A stretch of DNA of 64,000 nucleotides from the NCBI RefSeq assembly GCF_022539665.2, contig NC_081333.1, positions 5,084,001-5,148,000 of the forward strand, written 5' to 3'. This DNA comes from Daphnia carinata (taxonomy: Eukaryota). The notes beneath the pieces were generated by a model. The model was not told where the DNA came from and searched no databases. It saw only the letters and a program-made list of their open reading frames with translations. The translations under genes and the position numbers were made by a program. Position 1 is the stretch's first letter. Each line of letters opens with the position of its first letter. Shown piece by piece: positions 36,635 to 50,082 of the stretch.

Positions 36635-39600
36635 TGTAGTGTCTGTAAGCGATTTTGACCATTAGAGGTCATCCCTAATACGGTAATTGGGCACTAGAGG
36701 GTTTTGACCTAGGGTGGCCCGGGCAGTTAGTCAGGATAGTGACGCTGTATGGTGAAGGTCCCAATAAAAGTATAAGTACAATTATCTCAATGTATCAAAG
36801 TTATCAATCATCATCCGGCTACCAAAACGTATTATCTGAACCAGACACTACATTTGGCGACGAGTAGTGACCTACAAGCTGCAATTTGGTAATTTTATAA
36901 CAGTTAAATTTGCTTATCATTTGTCTGGCATCAGTAACGCGTGAAGATGAGTTTGTCTGTTGCTATGGAAGCATTTGTCTATGATGGAGCCCAAACAACT
37001 CTGTCGACAAAATGGGCAGAATGGCTTATAAGATTTGAAAATTATCTTGTAGCTATGGCTATCAATGATGACAACAGAAAAAAAGCATTGCTGTTACACT
37101 TGGCGGGGAAAAAGGTGCATCAAATTTTTGTAAAGCTCAATTCAACACCTCGAGAAGCTAACCAAGCAGCAAATTTGGAAGCTGAAACACAATATGCTGC
37201 GGCAAAACGTGCACTAAATGAGCATTTCAACCCAAGAGTCAATATAACATACAACAGGCACAAGTTTAAATCAACAAAGCAAGCCAGTGATGAGTCACTT
37301 GACCAATTCCATACCAGACTCTCTGAGTTGGCACAAGGCTGTGACTTCCGTGATGTTGATGATAAAATCAAATCACAAATTATCCGAACCTGTAGATCAA
37401 AAAAGCTAAGAGCAGAAGCGTTGGTGAATTCCGAGTGGGACCTGAAAACGTTGCTTGAAAAGGGTACAACTTACGAGTTTTACTAAGTTTCAATCTAAGC
37501 AGATTGAAGAAGGCAGTGGAACATCAACAATTAATAAAGATGTCACCAAGAAAACGAATTTTAACAAAGGAAACTTCTACCAACAAAATAAAAAGGAATC
37601 TGGGAAACAAAATAACTCAAAGACGTGTACTTTTTGTGGAGGAAATTGGCACAAGAAACTGCAGTATTGTCAGGCGAAGAAAGAGGGTGTTGTGTGTGGC
37701 AAATGCCACAAAGAAGGTCATTTCGCTCGTGTATGTCGTCATCCCTCATCTATAGGATCGAAAGAAAGAAAACGAGTCCGAAACGTGAAGTTTCAGGATA
37801 CATCTGATGAGGATTCGAGTAATGTAAAAGAATTCACTAACAGAGCAGCAGCTGACAACAAAATTCAACCTACCATCAAGCTAGAAGTTTTAGATAGCTC
37901 GATCAATTTCCTAGTTGATAGTGGAGCATCTGTTACTTTGATCAACGAACGTGCGTACGAGAAGCTGGGAGCACCAACATTGAAGCGTTCAACTAAGAAA
38001 ATCTACGCTTACCAATCAATTGTACCATTGCCGTTAATAGGTGCATTCCAAGCTGACACTAAAATATCGAGTAAAAAGAAGATTGTACGTGTAAGATATC
38101 ATGTTATCAGTGGTAGCAACGAAGAATGTTTGCTAAGCTACCAAGCGGCTATTGATCTGGGCTGCATTAAGATGTGCCCACAAGTAAAAGATGTGCGGGT
38201 TCGACTGATTCAGCTGCAAGCGAAGAATCAACAAGAAGTCGAGCAGCCGCTGGGCAAATACGATGGACTGAAAGTCCAATTGCACATCAACAAGAACATC
38301 AAACCAATAGCTCTATAACACAGGCGTATTCCGTTTCATCTACGCATGAAAGTAGAATAGGAGCTAGAACGTCTGGAGCGGCTGGATGTCATAGAGAAAG
38401 TTTCCGGTCCGACTCCGTGGGTATCTCCAGTGGTGATTGTCCCAAAGAAAGAAAATGGCGAAATCAGATTGTGTGTCCACATGAGATTACCGAACAAAGC
38501 TATTATGAGAGAGCGACATCTGATTCCATCAATCGAAGATAATCTGGCTTATATTAATTGATCAAAAGTCTTCACTGTGCTAGACCTCAAACAAGCGTAC
38601 CATCAGTTGGAGTTAGATGAAGATTCAAGATACATTACAACTTTTTAGACGCATGTGGGTCTTCGTCGATTCAAGAGATTGTTCTTTGGTGTTACATCAG
38701 CGGCGGAGGTTTTTCATAACGTCATTCGAGAGTTGTTGTCTGGTATTAAAGATGTGTTCAACGTGAGTGACGATATCCTTATACATGCGCCTATGGATCA
38801 AGAGCATGATAACCGGTATGCGGAGGTGATCAAACGGTTGGAAAGTAAACAGCTGACGATTAACAGCAAGTTTAAACAATCACGTGTGAAGTTTTTTGGT
38901 TTAGTGATTGGAGCTGAAGGTGTCGAGAAGGACCAGCAAAAAGTGTCGGCAATTGAAAACTTTACGAGACCACAGTCAGTGTCAGAAGGGAAAAGTTTTA
39001 TTGGCATGGCCAGCTATTGTAGCAGATTCATCAAGAATCATGCCGATTTAACAGAACCACTTCGTAAACTGACAACGAACGAAGCAAAGACTCAATTTGT
39101 GTGGAATGAGCAATGTGAAAACGCCTTCCTGAAGCTGAAACAGGCGATGGGCAACACCAAGAAGTTAGCGTACTTCAATCCTGAGTTGAAAACGGAACTG
39201 ATATTGGATGCGAATCCTAAGGGACTGGGTGGCATTTTGGCTCAAGTGAATAGTAAAGAGGAACGTCAGATCATTGCATATGCTAGTAAAGCACTGGACT
39301 CAACAGAACAAAGATATTCACAAATTGAACGTGAAGCCTTAGCAATAATCTGGGGCTGTGAGCATTTTCAAATTTATTTGCTTGGATCTCATTTCACAGT
39401 AGTGTCTGACCACAAACCTCTTGTGAGCATCTTCAACAACCCGACATCAGCATTAAGTGCTCGTTTAGAACGATGGATGCTACGGAGACAGCCGTTTGAA
39501 TTTACTGTGGTTTACAAGCCAGGGGCCGACAACGCGGCGGATTATCTATCAAGATATCCGAAGAATACTGGTCCTTGTAAGCTGGCGGAAGTGGGGAAAG

Positions 39601-41122
39601 ACTTCATACTTTGTGAGTTGTCAAGAATTACCAATGACAATTTCGGCGGCAGAAATCTCTAGAGAAACTAGAAAGAATGTGGATTTTCAATTAATCAATA
39701 AAGCCATCATCACGGGCAAGTGGTATCCCCTCACGTCGGACGTAATGAAAGCTTATCACAAAATTGGGGAAGAGCTGACGGTGTCGGAGGAAGGTGTGAT
39801 TTTGAGGGAAACAAGAGCTTGTGTTCCACTGTCCTTACAGGAACGAGTTCTCAACCAAGCGCACGACGGACACATGGGCATGAACAAAACTAAATCTTTG
39901 CTACGAACTAGAGTATGGTTTCCTCTGATGGACTGTGCGGTCGAGAAAATGATCCTGAATTGTCTTCCGTGTCAAGCTGCAACGTTGGATTCCAAAAAAA
40001 GACATCCGATTATGATGTCTCCGTTGCCAGATTACCCTAGGCAACAGCTGAGTTTATATTTCTTCAGTTTTCCATCGGGTGAAGAATTATTGATTTTGAT
40101 GGACGATTTCTCAAGATTCCCAGAAATTGAAATTGTTCAGTCTACAGCTCATCACTATGTTATTCCAAAGCTGGACAAACTGCTATAGTCGTTTGGAATC
40201 CCTGAGGTCATTCGTACGGACAATGGTCCTCCTTTCAACGGGAAGGAATTCCATGATTTCAGTTTACAGGTCGGATTCAAGCACCGGAAAATAACACCAA
40301 GATGGCCGTAGAGTTTCCATAAACCGCTGGTAGAGCGGTTTATGAAAATAATCGCTTAAGTGATTCGGACGGCAGAAATTGAACGCAAAGATTGGAGACG
40401 GGAGTTATACCGTTTCCTAAGGAATTATAGAGCTACGCCGCATCCTGCCTTGAAGAAATCACCGTACAGCATCCTAATGGGACGGGATCCAAGAACTGTG
40501 CTATCAGATTTGAGACATTCGGATGCAGAGTATAAAGAACGGATTAAGAAGTATGCAGACCAGCGTCGGCACACCGTAGAACATCAGTTGAAGAAGGGAG
40601 ATACGGTTATTGTTAGAAGAGAAAAAGCTCTTCTGAAAAAATCGGAAAGCGTTTATGAATTGACATCATTGAAGGTGACCTGTGTCGGAAAGGAACAATG
40701 ATCACAGCAAAGTTTAAAAACTCAAAGCGTGTAATAACGCGTAATTCGTCATGTTTCAAAAAGTTGCCAGTGGAGGAAGAAAAAGGGAGCGGTGCGATTT
40801 CTTTGCCTGACGAGGAAGAAGAGGAGGTGGAAAGGGAGCCAGTTGCTGTAGAAAATTATGCTGAATGGAAACAGGATCCGGGAAAAAATCCAGATGCCAA
40901 TTTTCAACGAAGATCATCCCGATTGTCTGGAAGAGGCGCAACCTGCACAAGAACAAGAGGGCCAACAGAATCAGCAAAGGGAGCCTCAACCCCGTCGGAG
41001 TAACCGGAGCAACCGTGGAGTGATGCCTGAGAGATTTCAAGCTGGCATCAATTGACAATTTAGTCCTTGTTGTTTCTGTGGTTTGCGGGTGTGGTTTATT
41101 CTTTATTGAACCAGACACTACA
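36635..41122 (+). mobile_element. Mag-like Gypsy element E, degenerate, 3' LTR almost entirely deleted
   Basis: 5' LTR 36635-36852 (TGTAGTGTCTG...CAGACACTACA), PBS TGGCGACGAG, 16-bp LTR tip at 41107-41122, 6-bp TSD GTAAAG. Confidence 0.9.
36941..41055 (+). pseudogene. gag-pol of element E, many stops and frameshifts
   Basis: WAEWLIRFENY..KKALLLHLAG gag, two Cys knuckles, VDSGAS protease, RT VSDD, YSQIEREALA RNase H, TDNGPPFNG integrase. Confidence 0.9.
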
Positions 41123-42880
41123 GTAAAGCTTTTCTTTCAATTCGCCGCAGGCAATCGTCATCAGCTTCCGGAATACAAGGTCGTTTGGATTAATCATTAA
41201 ATGTGGTACAACAATAAGTCTTAAGCTGCTTAATCCGAAGATCTCTGACCTTCCTAAATCTTTTCTTTCGATTCGCCGCCGGCAGCAATCTTCGACCTCT
41301 TTGTCTTAAGCAACCATAAGTTTTAATCTGCTAAAGCCGATGATCTTTTACTTTTGCAAATCTCTTCTTTCTATTCGCCGCCGGAAACCATCTTCAACTT
41401 CCTCGGCTTTAGCAGCCATAAATCTTCTTCATCAATTTTATTTCAATGTACCATCTTCTACCAGCTCCTCTCTCATCCATTCTCTGGTATCTCAACAGTT
41501 CTTCTTGCTCCTGGTAAGGAACTAGCTTTCATACAGGCGAAGATACATTAACATTCCTCTACTATTCATAGTAACTTAACCGCAAATGTTATTAAAAACC
41601 TCATAGGAAATGTAACCACGGAGAATCGAACACATGACTACCCGTGTCACAGCTTAGAGCGCTACCGGTATGGTAAGACTTGCTTGTTAACCGATGCTTA
41701 TAGTTGTATGAGCAAGTACAACATGAGTGCAACTGGAAAAGTTATTTATGCAATAAAAAGTGAGAAAAATGTAATACATATTGTCACGTTTCGTCTGTTC
41801 ATTTCTGTTTATTAATGCTTTTGTTTTATAGATGAGCGCTAGATGGCTTCGTGTCGCCTAGCGTTTCTGCATTTAATCCAGATTCTTTTTCAGTGTTCGT
41901 CTGGAGATCACACAGAGTGGATGTTCATGTTTCCTCGTTACTTGTGATTCAATCTTTTGCTTGTATGTGAGTGAATGTGTTAGTTCCACTAGGGCACCAT
42001 TGGTTTAGGTTAGTGTAGTGTTAGTTAATTAGAATAGATAACCAATGGTGAAAGTCACCGTCTTGTTCTGTGCCGTGTCGTTGGCCAGCATTACGGTGCT
42101 TTTTACAAGTGGTTTTCATCATCGAGTGTACTGAACTAGTTTACCCGTAACAATGGTGGAGATGCAGGGTAAAGTTACACTCCTTGATTGAGAACAATTT
42201 ACATTGTAATTTTGTGGGGTAAAACAAAAAACTTGAACAAATTTGTGTTGGAAGATTAAGGCGTCCCATAGTCAACGTTTATGTTACGTTGCATCGTTCG
42301 TCCGTTCGACATCAACGCTTCGCTGCTATTTTGTGGTCAAGTATCGTTCCAAATTATTTGTTTGACACGATTATCTGTTTCTTTTTTAATTTTGTAGGTT
42401 CATCTTTATTTGAAATTAAATTGATTGGAAATTTGGAATCGACGTATCAACGTTGAGTACGTTGGCGTGGCGTGGATTTGAGTCGTGGATTATTGGCTTT
42501 TGGAAGTGGATAATCCGTTTTTGATTTGTTTGTGAACCAGACCCAAAGGCTGGTAAGTGGCGTCCCCTAATTGAAAAGATTTTAATTTACAGGTGAGAGG
42601 TTTGACTCCGACTTGTTACGCGCTGTAATACTCAGCAGTCAAAGTATTGGTCCCGATATTGGGGTTCCTTCCCTTAGTTGCTTTGGGTGGAATAATTAGC
42701 TGGCGGGTTGGGACGTACATTGACCGTCGTTTATTGGAGTCGCTAACTCGTCCCTATTTGTCGTTCATTTGTCGATAGCGTAATTCTCTGTTTTTGTTTT
42801 TTCTTTTTCCTTTTTTGCATTTGATTGGGGTTGATCGGATCTTGGATCGGTTTTTTAGGCATTCTTGATTTTTAATAAAA

Positions 42881-43980
42881 ATGCAGCAGGGAAACGAGGC
42901 TCTTCAGGACCAAGCGGGTCATAGAGAAATTGAGCCACCGGGTCGCGGGCTGGATGAAAATGTCCCATTGAATGTTCCACGCAACGTTCCACCTCAGGAC
43001 GCCCCTGTCGTACCTCCCTTGATTCACGTGGGAAATTTTAGAGAACGGGATCCTCCAATTTTCCGCGGGTTACCACACGAGGACGTGATGGAATGGATCC
43101 ATCAGTTTCAGCGGGTGTCGGCTTTTAATCAGTGGGGCCCTATCCAACAACTCCGACACATTGAATTCAGTTTAGAAGGGGTGGCGGCAACATGGCTATC
43201 GGGCCTACAACCTCGTCCCCAAACGTATGACGGGATGATGGCAGCTTTGCAAGGAGCGTTTCGGCATCACAACTATGCGATGGAACTGGAATCCAGATTG
43301 CGAGCGCGAAAACAAAACCCGATGAGCCGGTCATGTCATACTGTTATGACATGATCTATCTATGCTCAAGAGTCGACCCAGGAATGACCGAAGAGCGTAA
43401 AATCCAGTTCATTTTTCAAAATATGGAACCGACGTTAATGCAAAAGGTGTTTCCCCAAATGGATCAGTTAACCACCAACGAGCTGTTCCGACGTCTTCAA
43501 GCTCACTGCCAGGCCTCGCTTATTGCGGAGCGATCCATCCCTGTAAACAACATTATCCCTGCACCACCCGTAAACAAAAAGGAGGATATCGAGAAACTCG
43601 TACGGGACGAGGTAGCAAAGAGTTTGGATCCAATTGTTCGTAAATTGGAGCAGGCAACGCGTGCGATGGAAACTGCCGGGGGATCGGGGTTCAATCCAAG
43701 AATGCGGACATCAGAGAAAGGGCGAAATTCACAGTGGCAAAATCGAGATCGTCCAAACAAGAGGACAATAGACGGGCGGCCAATTTGTAACAGTTGCGGG
43801 AGTCCGGGACATATCGCGCGTAATTGTCCGAAAGGGAAAGGATGTTTCAATTGCGGGGATCCTGGGCATTTTTCACGCCAGTGCCCCAAACGAAAACAGA
43901 ATGGTGCGTCCCCAAACAAACAAGAGCCGAAAGATTCGACCCAAAAGTCGGCTAATTCCCCTAAACGTCAATCAAACTAG
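42881..43980 (+). CDS. gag: gag of element F (one frameshift near 43320)
   Basis: PPIFRG..EDVMEW and LEGVAATW capsid motifs; two CCHC knuckles. Confidence 0.9.
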
Positions 43981-46900
43981 AACCGGTGGCAAGGGGGGAG
44001 CGTGCCACCGTTGTTTTGAATTTTCCCCAAACTGATTCTCGTCGTCTTATTCTCAAACAAGTTGATTGCCAGGGGCAGGGTGTTAAAGCCATAATTGATA
44101 CGGGATCCGGAGCTTCGTTAATTTCTCCCAAATTTTGTCGAGCGTTGGGGATTGAACATTTTAGAGAATGGCAAGGACCTCGATTGTTGCTTATGGATGG
44201 GAAGGCGTTGGAACCGAGTGGAATGGTCAAGTTGAAAATCCATGTAGAAGGGCGTTTGATTCGGGTCATAGCGGCGGTGAACGAAATGAATGGATTTGAT
44301 CTGTTGTTGGGAAATGACGCGTTATCGCAGTTGGGATGCTTTTCGGTTCAATACAATGAAGCCGGGGTGGGGTCCTTCTCGACAAAGCCCACAACTAGCG
44401 AAGAGAGTTTAAGGGGAAAGGCGGGCTACATTGTGAATTATGAAAATCTAAGCATTCCAGCGTTCTCCATGATGCACGTCGACGTAGTCGTTCCACAGTT
44501 GGGCGGGAAAAATCCAGGCCATATAGTAGAACCATCTCCGAAAGTTATGGCGGATAAAGGAGTTTCGATTGGACGGCTCTTACTAACATCGTGTGTTACT
44601 GGTGGGACGCATCGTTTTCCCTTGACTAATTTCTCTTCGTCTACCCAATTCATTCCAGCGGGAATAGTCGTCGGAAAAATTCTGTCTGTTGATCAAGTGC
44701 TGGATGAAAATCCTGAAAGTGGTCCCACTGCTGTCCCCAACGAACCGTCGTTACCATTCGCGAGTCGAGTCAATAAAAATCTGGGAGATGAAGATCGGGA
44801 AAGGACGGTTGCGTTGCTGAATCGATATTTGTGTTGTTTCGCCGTATCACCAAATGAGTTGGGTCGTTCGAACGTAATTAAACACGTGATTGATACTGGG
44901 AACCATTTGCCCGTCCATCAGGCCCCTTATGCTAGTGCGTGGCGCGAGCGCGAGTTGATTAACGATCAGACTCAGACTATGATACGGGATAATGTTATCG
45001 TCCCCTCCAATAGTGCGTGGGCTGCACCAGTCGTATTGGTCAAAAAAAAAGATGGGGAATGGCGTTTCTGCGTCGACTATCGTCGGTTGAATGCGGTAAC
45101 AACGAAAGACGTGTATCCCCTCCCAAGAATTGAAGATGCTCTTAGCCGAATGGAAGGTTCGCGCTATTTCTCCATCCTAGACATGCAGGCGGGGTACTGG
45201 CAGGTTGAGGTCGACGAGCAGGATCGGGCTAAAACCGCATTCATCACCGCGGATGGACTGTTCGAGTTCAAAGTGATGCCGTTCGGGTTAACAAATGCGC
45301 CGGCAACGTTCCAACGAATGATGGATGTCGTCTTAGCTGGTCTCAAATGGAACTCATGTCTTGTATATTTAGACGACATTGTCGTCTTCGCACCCACCGT
45401 ATCTCAACATCTAGAGCGTTGGAATCGGTCCTCCAACGTATTGAACGGGCGGGGTTGAAATTGAAGTTGTCAAAGTGTTCATTCCTAGAGCAATCTCTTA
45501 AAGTCTTGGGCTTTATTGTTAGTGGCGAAGGGATCTCTGCAGATCCTGAAAAGATCTCCGCCATGCGTGATTTCCCTGTTCCGCGGAATGTAAAAGAAGT
45601 ACAAAGTTTCCTTGGTCTTTGTTCTTATTACCGGAGATTTGTTCCTAATTTCGCTGTCGTGGCCCGACCTCTATCGAATATGACCAAGAAGAACCAACGT
45701 TTCTCCTGGGGGAAGAGCACCAGCGTAGCTTTGAGGCTATGAAAACCATCCTGATTTCCCCTCCAATCTTGGCCCACCCACGGTACGATTTACCGATGGA
45801 AATCCATTGCGATGCCAGTAATTATGGGGTGGGGGCCGTCCTTGTACAAAAATACGGAGATGAAGAACACGTCATTGCGTATGCGAGCCGTCTTTTGAGC
45901 AACCCAGAAATTAATTATTCAGTATCCGAGAAAGAGTGTCTCGCCCTCGTCTGGTCCGTTCGTAAATTTCGATCCTACATCTGGGGGCTAAAAATAAGAG
46001 TGGTGACGGATCATCATTCTCTCTGCTGGCTATTGAAGAAACGGGATTTGTCTGGGAGGCTTGCGCGGTGGAGCCTTCAGCTCCAAGACCTCGACATTGA
46101 AATAGTGCACCGTAGCGGGCGCCTTCACTCTGATGCCGACGGGTTGTCACGGGCCCCAACGGGTTGTCCCGAGGAAGAAGAGGAGATTCCCCTCCTGAAT
46201 GTCACTGTAGTCCCGGGTGCGATGGATATCGGGTCGGAGCAACGGAAATCTTCGTGGTGGGAAGGCATCTTAAGAGGGATGAAAGACACAGCGCCCACCC
46301 TTCGGATTAAAAAATTGATTCAACCCTATGAGCTGAGGGGGGATGTCCTTTATCGTCAACGAATTCGTGATGGTGTGGTATCTTATCAACTCTGTCTCCC
46401 CAAAAGCCTCGTCGAACAAGTACTTTTAGCCTGCCATAGCGACGTCACCGCTGGACACCTGGGGGTGACGCGCACGACGTATAAAATTCAACAGCGATAT
46501 TACTGGCCGGGAATGCGACGTCAAATTACTCGTTTTGTACTCTCATGTGTCGATTGCCAAACGAAAAAACGGGCTCGGGAAGCGTCTGCTGGTGTTATGC
46601 GTCCGATACGCGTTAATCAGCCGTTTGAAAAAGTGGGGATTGACTTGATAGGCCCTTTCCCTCTCACTAGCGCTGGGAATCGACACACCATTGTGGCTGT
46701 TGATTATTTAACGAAATGGGTAATTTGTAAAGCTGTTCCTTCAGCGTCGTCCAAAGAAGTCGTCGACTTCTTTGTACGGAATATAGTCCTCCAACATGGG
46801 GCGCCTGTGTTCCTAATCTCCGATCGCGGAAAGTGTTTGACGGCTAACTTCTCTGAGGAGCTTTTTAAAGCCTTGCAGACTAATCACTTGGTTACGGCTG

Positions 46901-47670
46901 CGTATCATCCTCAGTGTAATGGGTTGGTCGAGCGGTACAACCATACCTTTGCGGAAATGCTCTCTATGTACGTAAATTCACTCCATAATGATTGGGATGG
47001 TTTCATTGATTTCGTCACTTTCGCCTATAATACGAGTCGCCAGGAGTCGACTGGGTTTAGCCCATTCTTTCTCTTATATGGGCGGGAGGCCGTACTGCCG
47101 ATTGATGTTGCGTTGGGAAATAATCCAGAAAAAAATTTAGATGTTGGTGACTTAAGTGACTATGCCCGTACGCTGACGACGAACCTCTCCGCTATTCGTG
47201 AAAAGGTGAAGAAAAGGATGGCGATTGTTCAGTCAAGACAGAAGAAACGGTATGATCGCCGCCGCCGGCAAGTGAAATTTACTGTAGGCGATCCGGTGCT
47301 TGTTTATCGCCCCATTCGAAAAAAAGGACGTACGACGAAGTTTCTACATCGTTATTTTGGTCCCTACCGTATAGTACGCCGGGTAAGCGACCTCAACTAT
47401 ATCGTGGAACCACTATATGGGAAAAAGAAGAATCAAGATTGTGTTCATGTGTCTCATCTGAAGCCGTTTAGGCATAGTGCGCCGAGTGGAAAAGTGAGTG
47501 TTAAATCACCTGTAGTCAAGACACCCGTTTCAATTATTAAGAAAAAGCAAACATCGGAAAATCAAGTGAAAGAAAAGACGCCTAAAGTGGTCGGTGGTGT
47601 GATCAGCAATCTCGAGCTGAGAATCAAGAGCAGCATTATGAAAAAGACGCTTCATCAACAATTGGGTTAA
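43965..47670 (+). CDS. pol: pol of element F (frameshifts near 45420 and 45710)
   Basis: IDTGS protease, YLDD RT, CDASNYGVGAVL RNase H, integrase HHCC, DDE and GPY; all catalytic motifs intact. Confidence 0.93.
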
Positions 47671-48055
47671 GAGACGAAAAAGTGGGCGGTCATGTTCTCC
47701 GCTCTCGACGAAGATTGAAGTCCCCGAATCGACTTGATTTGTAGTTTAATTTTGTTGTGTGGCCAATGTTTAGAACTTATTGTGTTAATTGTGTTTGTTT
47801 GGCTTGTTGGAATGATTTGATTTTGTTGTGTCGTGGAGAGGTTGGACCGCCATGACAGGGGTCTTCGTTATGAGGATCCGGTTAGCGCGCGAGAGATGGT
47901 TGGAAGATGGTTCCTTACAGTATTTACTACAGTATTACTGGTAAGATGGTTCCTTCCAGGTGTGTGCGGAAGCTTCCGAGATGGATGTGTTTTCTTGTGT
48001 GTGTTGAATTAGATGTGCACTTAGTTTCAGTTCGTTTATAGTACTTACGTAGTTG

Positions 48056-48095
<40 letters not shown>

Positions 48096-48914
48096 GGAAC
48101 TAAGACCTTTTTGATTTTCAGTTGCATTTTGTCGTCTTATGATCGGGGCGATCATTTCTCGTAGGAGGGAGAAATGTCACGTTTCGTCTGTTCATTTCTG
48201 TTTATTAATGCTTTTGTTTTATAGATGAGCGCTAGATGGCTTCGTGTCGCCTAGCGTTTCTGCATTTAATCCAGATTCTTTTTCAGTGTTCGTCTGGAGA
48301 TCACACAGAGTGGATGTTCATGTTTCCTCGTTACTTGTGATTCAATCTTTTGCTTGTATGTGAGTGAATGTGTTAGTTCCACTAGGGCACCATTGGTTTA
48401 GGTTAGTGTAGTGTTAGTTAATTAGAATAGATAACCAATGGTGAAAGTCACCGTCTTGTTCTGTGCCGTGTCGTTGGCCAGCATTACGGTGCTTTTTACA
48501 AGTGGTTTTCATCATCGAGTGTACTGAACTAGTTTACCCGTAACAATATTTCTGGTGTGGCCGTTGTAGTATTTTATTAAATGAACTATATTAGATATAA
48601 CATATTTCATGGTCCCCTGCAATTTAAATTAAAATATGATAAGAGATAAATGTTTGGTGAACCATTTAATTAATGAGTTAAAACCATCGGCTTTTTACAA
48701 AGAGAAATGGATATAACCCGACGCTCTTATACAATATGTTGCCTACCGGATTGGAGGCATATCGTTGCTATTGGAACAAAATAAAATAAATAGGACTATT
48801 TCTAAGAAGACTGCTGGCATGGAGAAATAGGACTGTCCTAAAAGTTTTAAAAAGTCAGTCCTATTTCTCCCAGTCCTATTTCTCCGGTAGAAATTTGACT
48901 GGATATTTTCAGTC

Positions 48915-50048
48915 CTATTTCACCTTCTGCGTGTACGTTTCCTCTTCGGAATGCTTCCCGACAGCGGCGAAGTTTGCTGCTGGTCTCGTTTGTATGAACG
49001 TCAGCGATTGTCTGAATTTTATTTCCGTTTGCGTGATTATTGGCTTGATGTCACTGGCCTGCTGTGCAAAAAATGGGTTGTTGGCTTCCGGAAAATTGTT
49101 CAGTTTGTCCAAAAGGAATATCATTTCCGGCTGTAGCACCTCCAAATTGTTGATGAGTTGTAGTTTCTTTAGGTAAGACGCTAGGTTGGCTACTTCTTTC
49201 AGGAACGTTCGTTGGGACTCCAGCAAGAACTCTTCCAGATGAATTGATGTGTCGCTCACTATTGTGATTATTTCCACGTATCTCCCGTCCTCGTCTCTGT
49301 CGGTGATGTCCCGTCTCGGAACGAACCCGAATAGTTCCCGCTTTCTTGTTGGTGTGATCTCTTGCAGGCCTATTATGTTGTAAATTTGTCCGTATAGGCA
49401 AGTCAGAACCTGTCTCGCGTGCCGCGTGAAAATTTCCTTGAGCTCCGTCACTATTTCCTCTGTCTGCTTCTTCGTCTTCTTCGTAATCGGTCCACTGGCT
49501 TTCACTTCCTGAATGGATGTCAGGTACTTCAGAAGACGTTGAGCTGGTCTTCCATTGGTTGTCTTCTTTTTTTTAAAAAGACTCGAAACGGTGTTCGAAA
49601 AAACGTTTGTTGGGGAAGTGGTTGTGGAAACGGTTTCCTTGGGTGAAAGATGGGATACTAGTTTGGCTAGGAAAGCAGGAGAGTTTCTTACTGTCGAGGT
49701 ACTAGCTTTACTTTGGGCTCGAGGTTTGCGAACGTTTGAAAGGTCTACTCCCGTTACCAACTCATACGCAGAGTTCGATCTTAACTTTCTTAACTGAGGA
49801 TTATCTGGAATTGATCTGGGCTTCAAAACAGGAGAGGAAGATTTACTAATAGCTTCTGTTGCCCTACTCGAAGTCTTATTTCCCGTAAATGTATCAGGTC
49901 CAGCAAGATTTGAAGTGGAAGTTTTATCAAAATTAATAGATCTGGCTGCGGCTTCGTCAATTTGTATAACTGGCTCAACAGGATTTGTAGTAGCGGATAC
50001 AGAGTTGCGTGAAAGTTTAGGCCTACTAACAAAAATATTATCCGTCAT
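48915..50048 (-). pseudogene. ORF0 homolog of element C (internal deletion, 3' truncated)
   Basis: Aligns with 9500-10892 of A (KLRSNSAYE, LLKYLT, VSDTSIHLEE, DKLNNFPEANNP). Confidence 0.85.
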
Positions 50049-50082
50049 TGTGGGTGAGTTCGACAGATCTCTGCCACCATTA

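Larger units (their letters stand above)
41782..48545 (+). mobile_element. Full-length, young Ty3/Gypsy element F
   Basis: 371-bp LTRs (41782-42152, 48175-48545) with no difference seen by eye, ATAT TSD, tRNA-Ala PBS TGGTGGAGATGC, PPT AGGAGGGAGAAA. Confidence 0.96.

Noticed and set aside
48059..48091. Long poly(A) as a retrocopy tail
   Set aside because: No flanking TSD or recognisable insert; it lies within the 3' UTR of F, and its length is unreliable.
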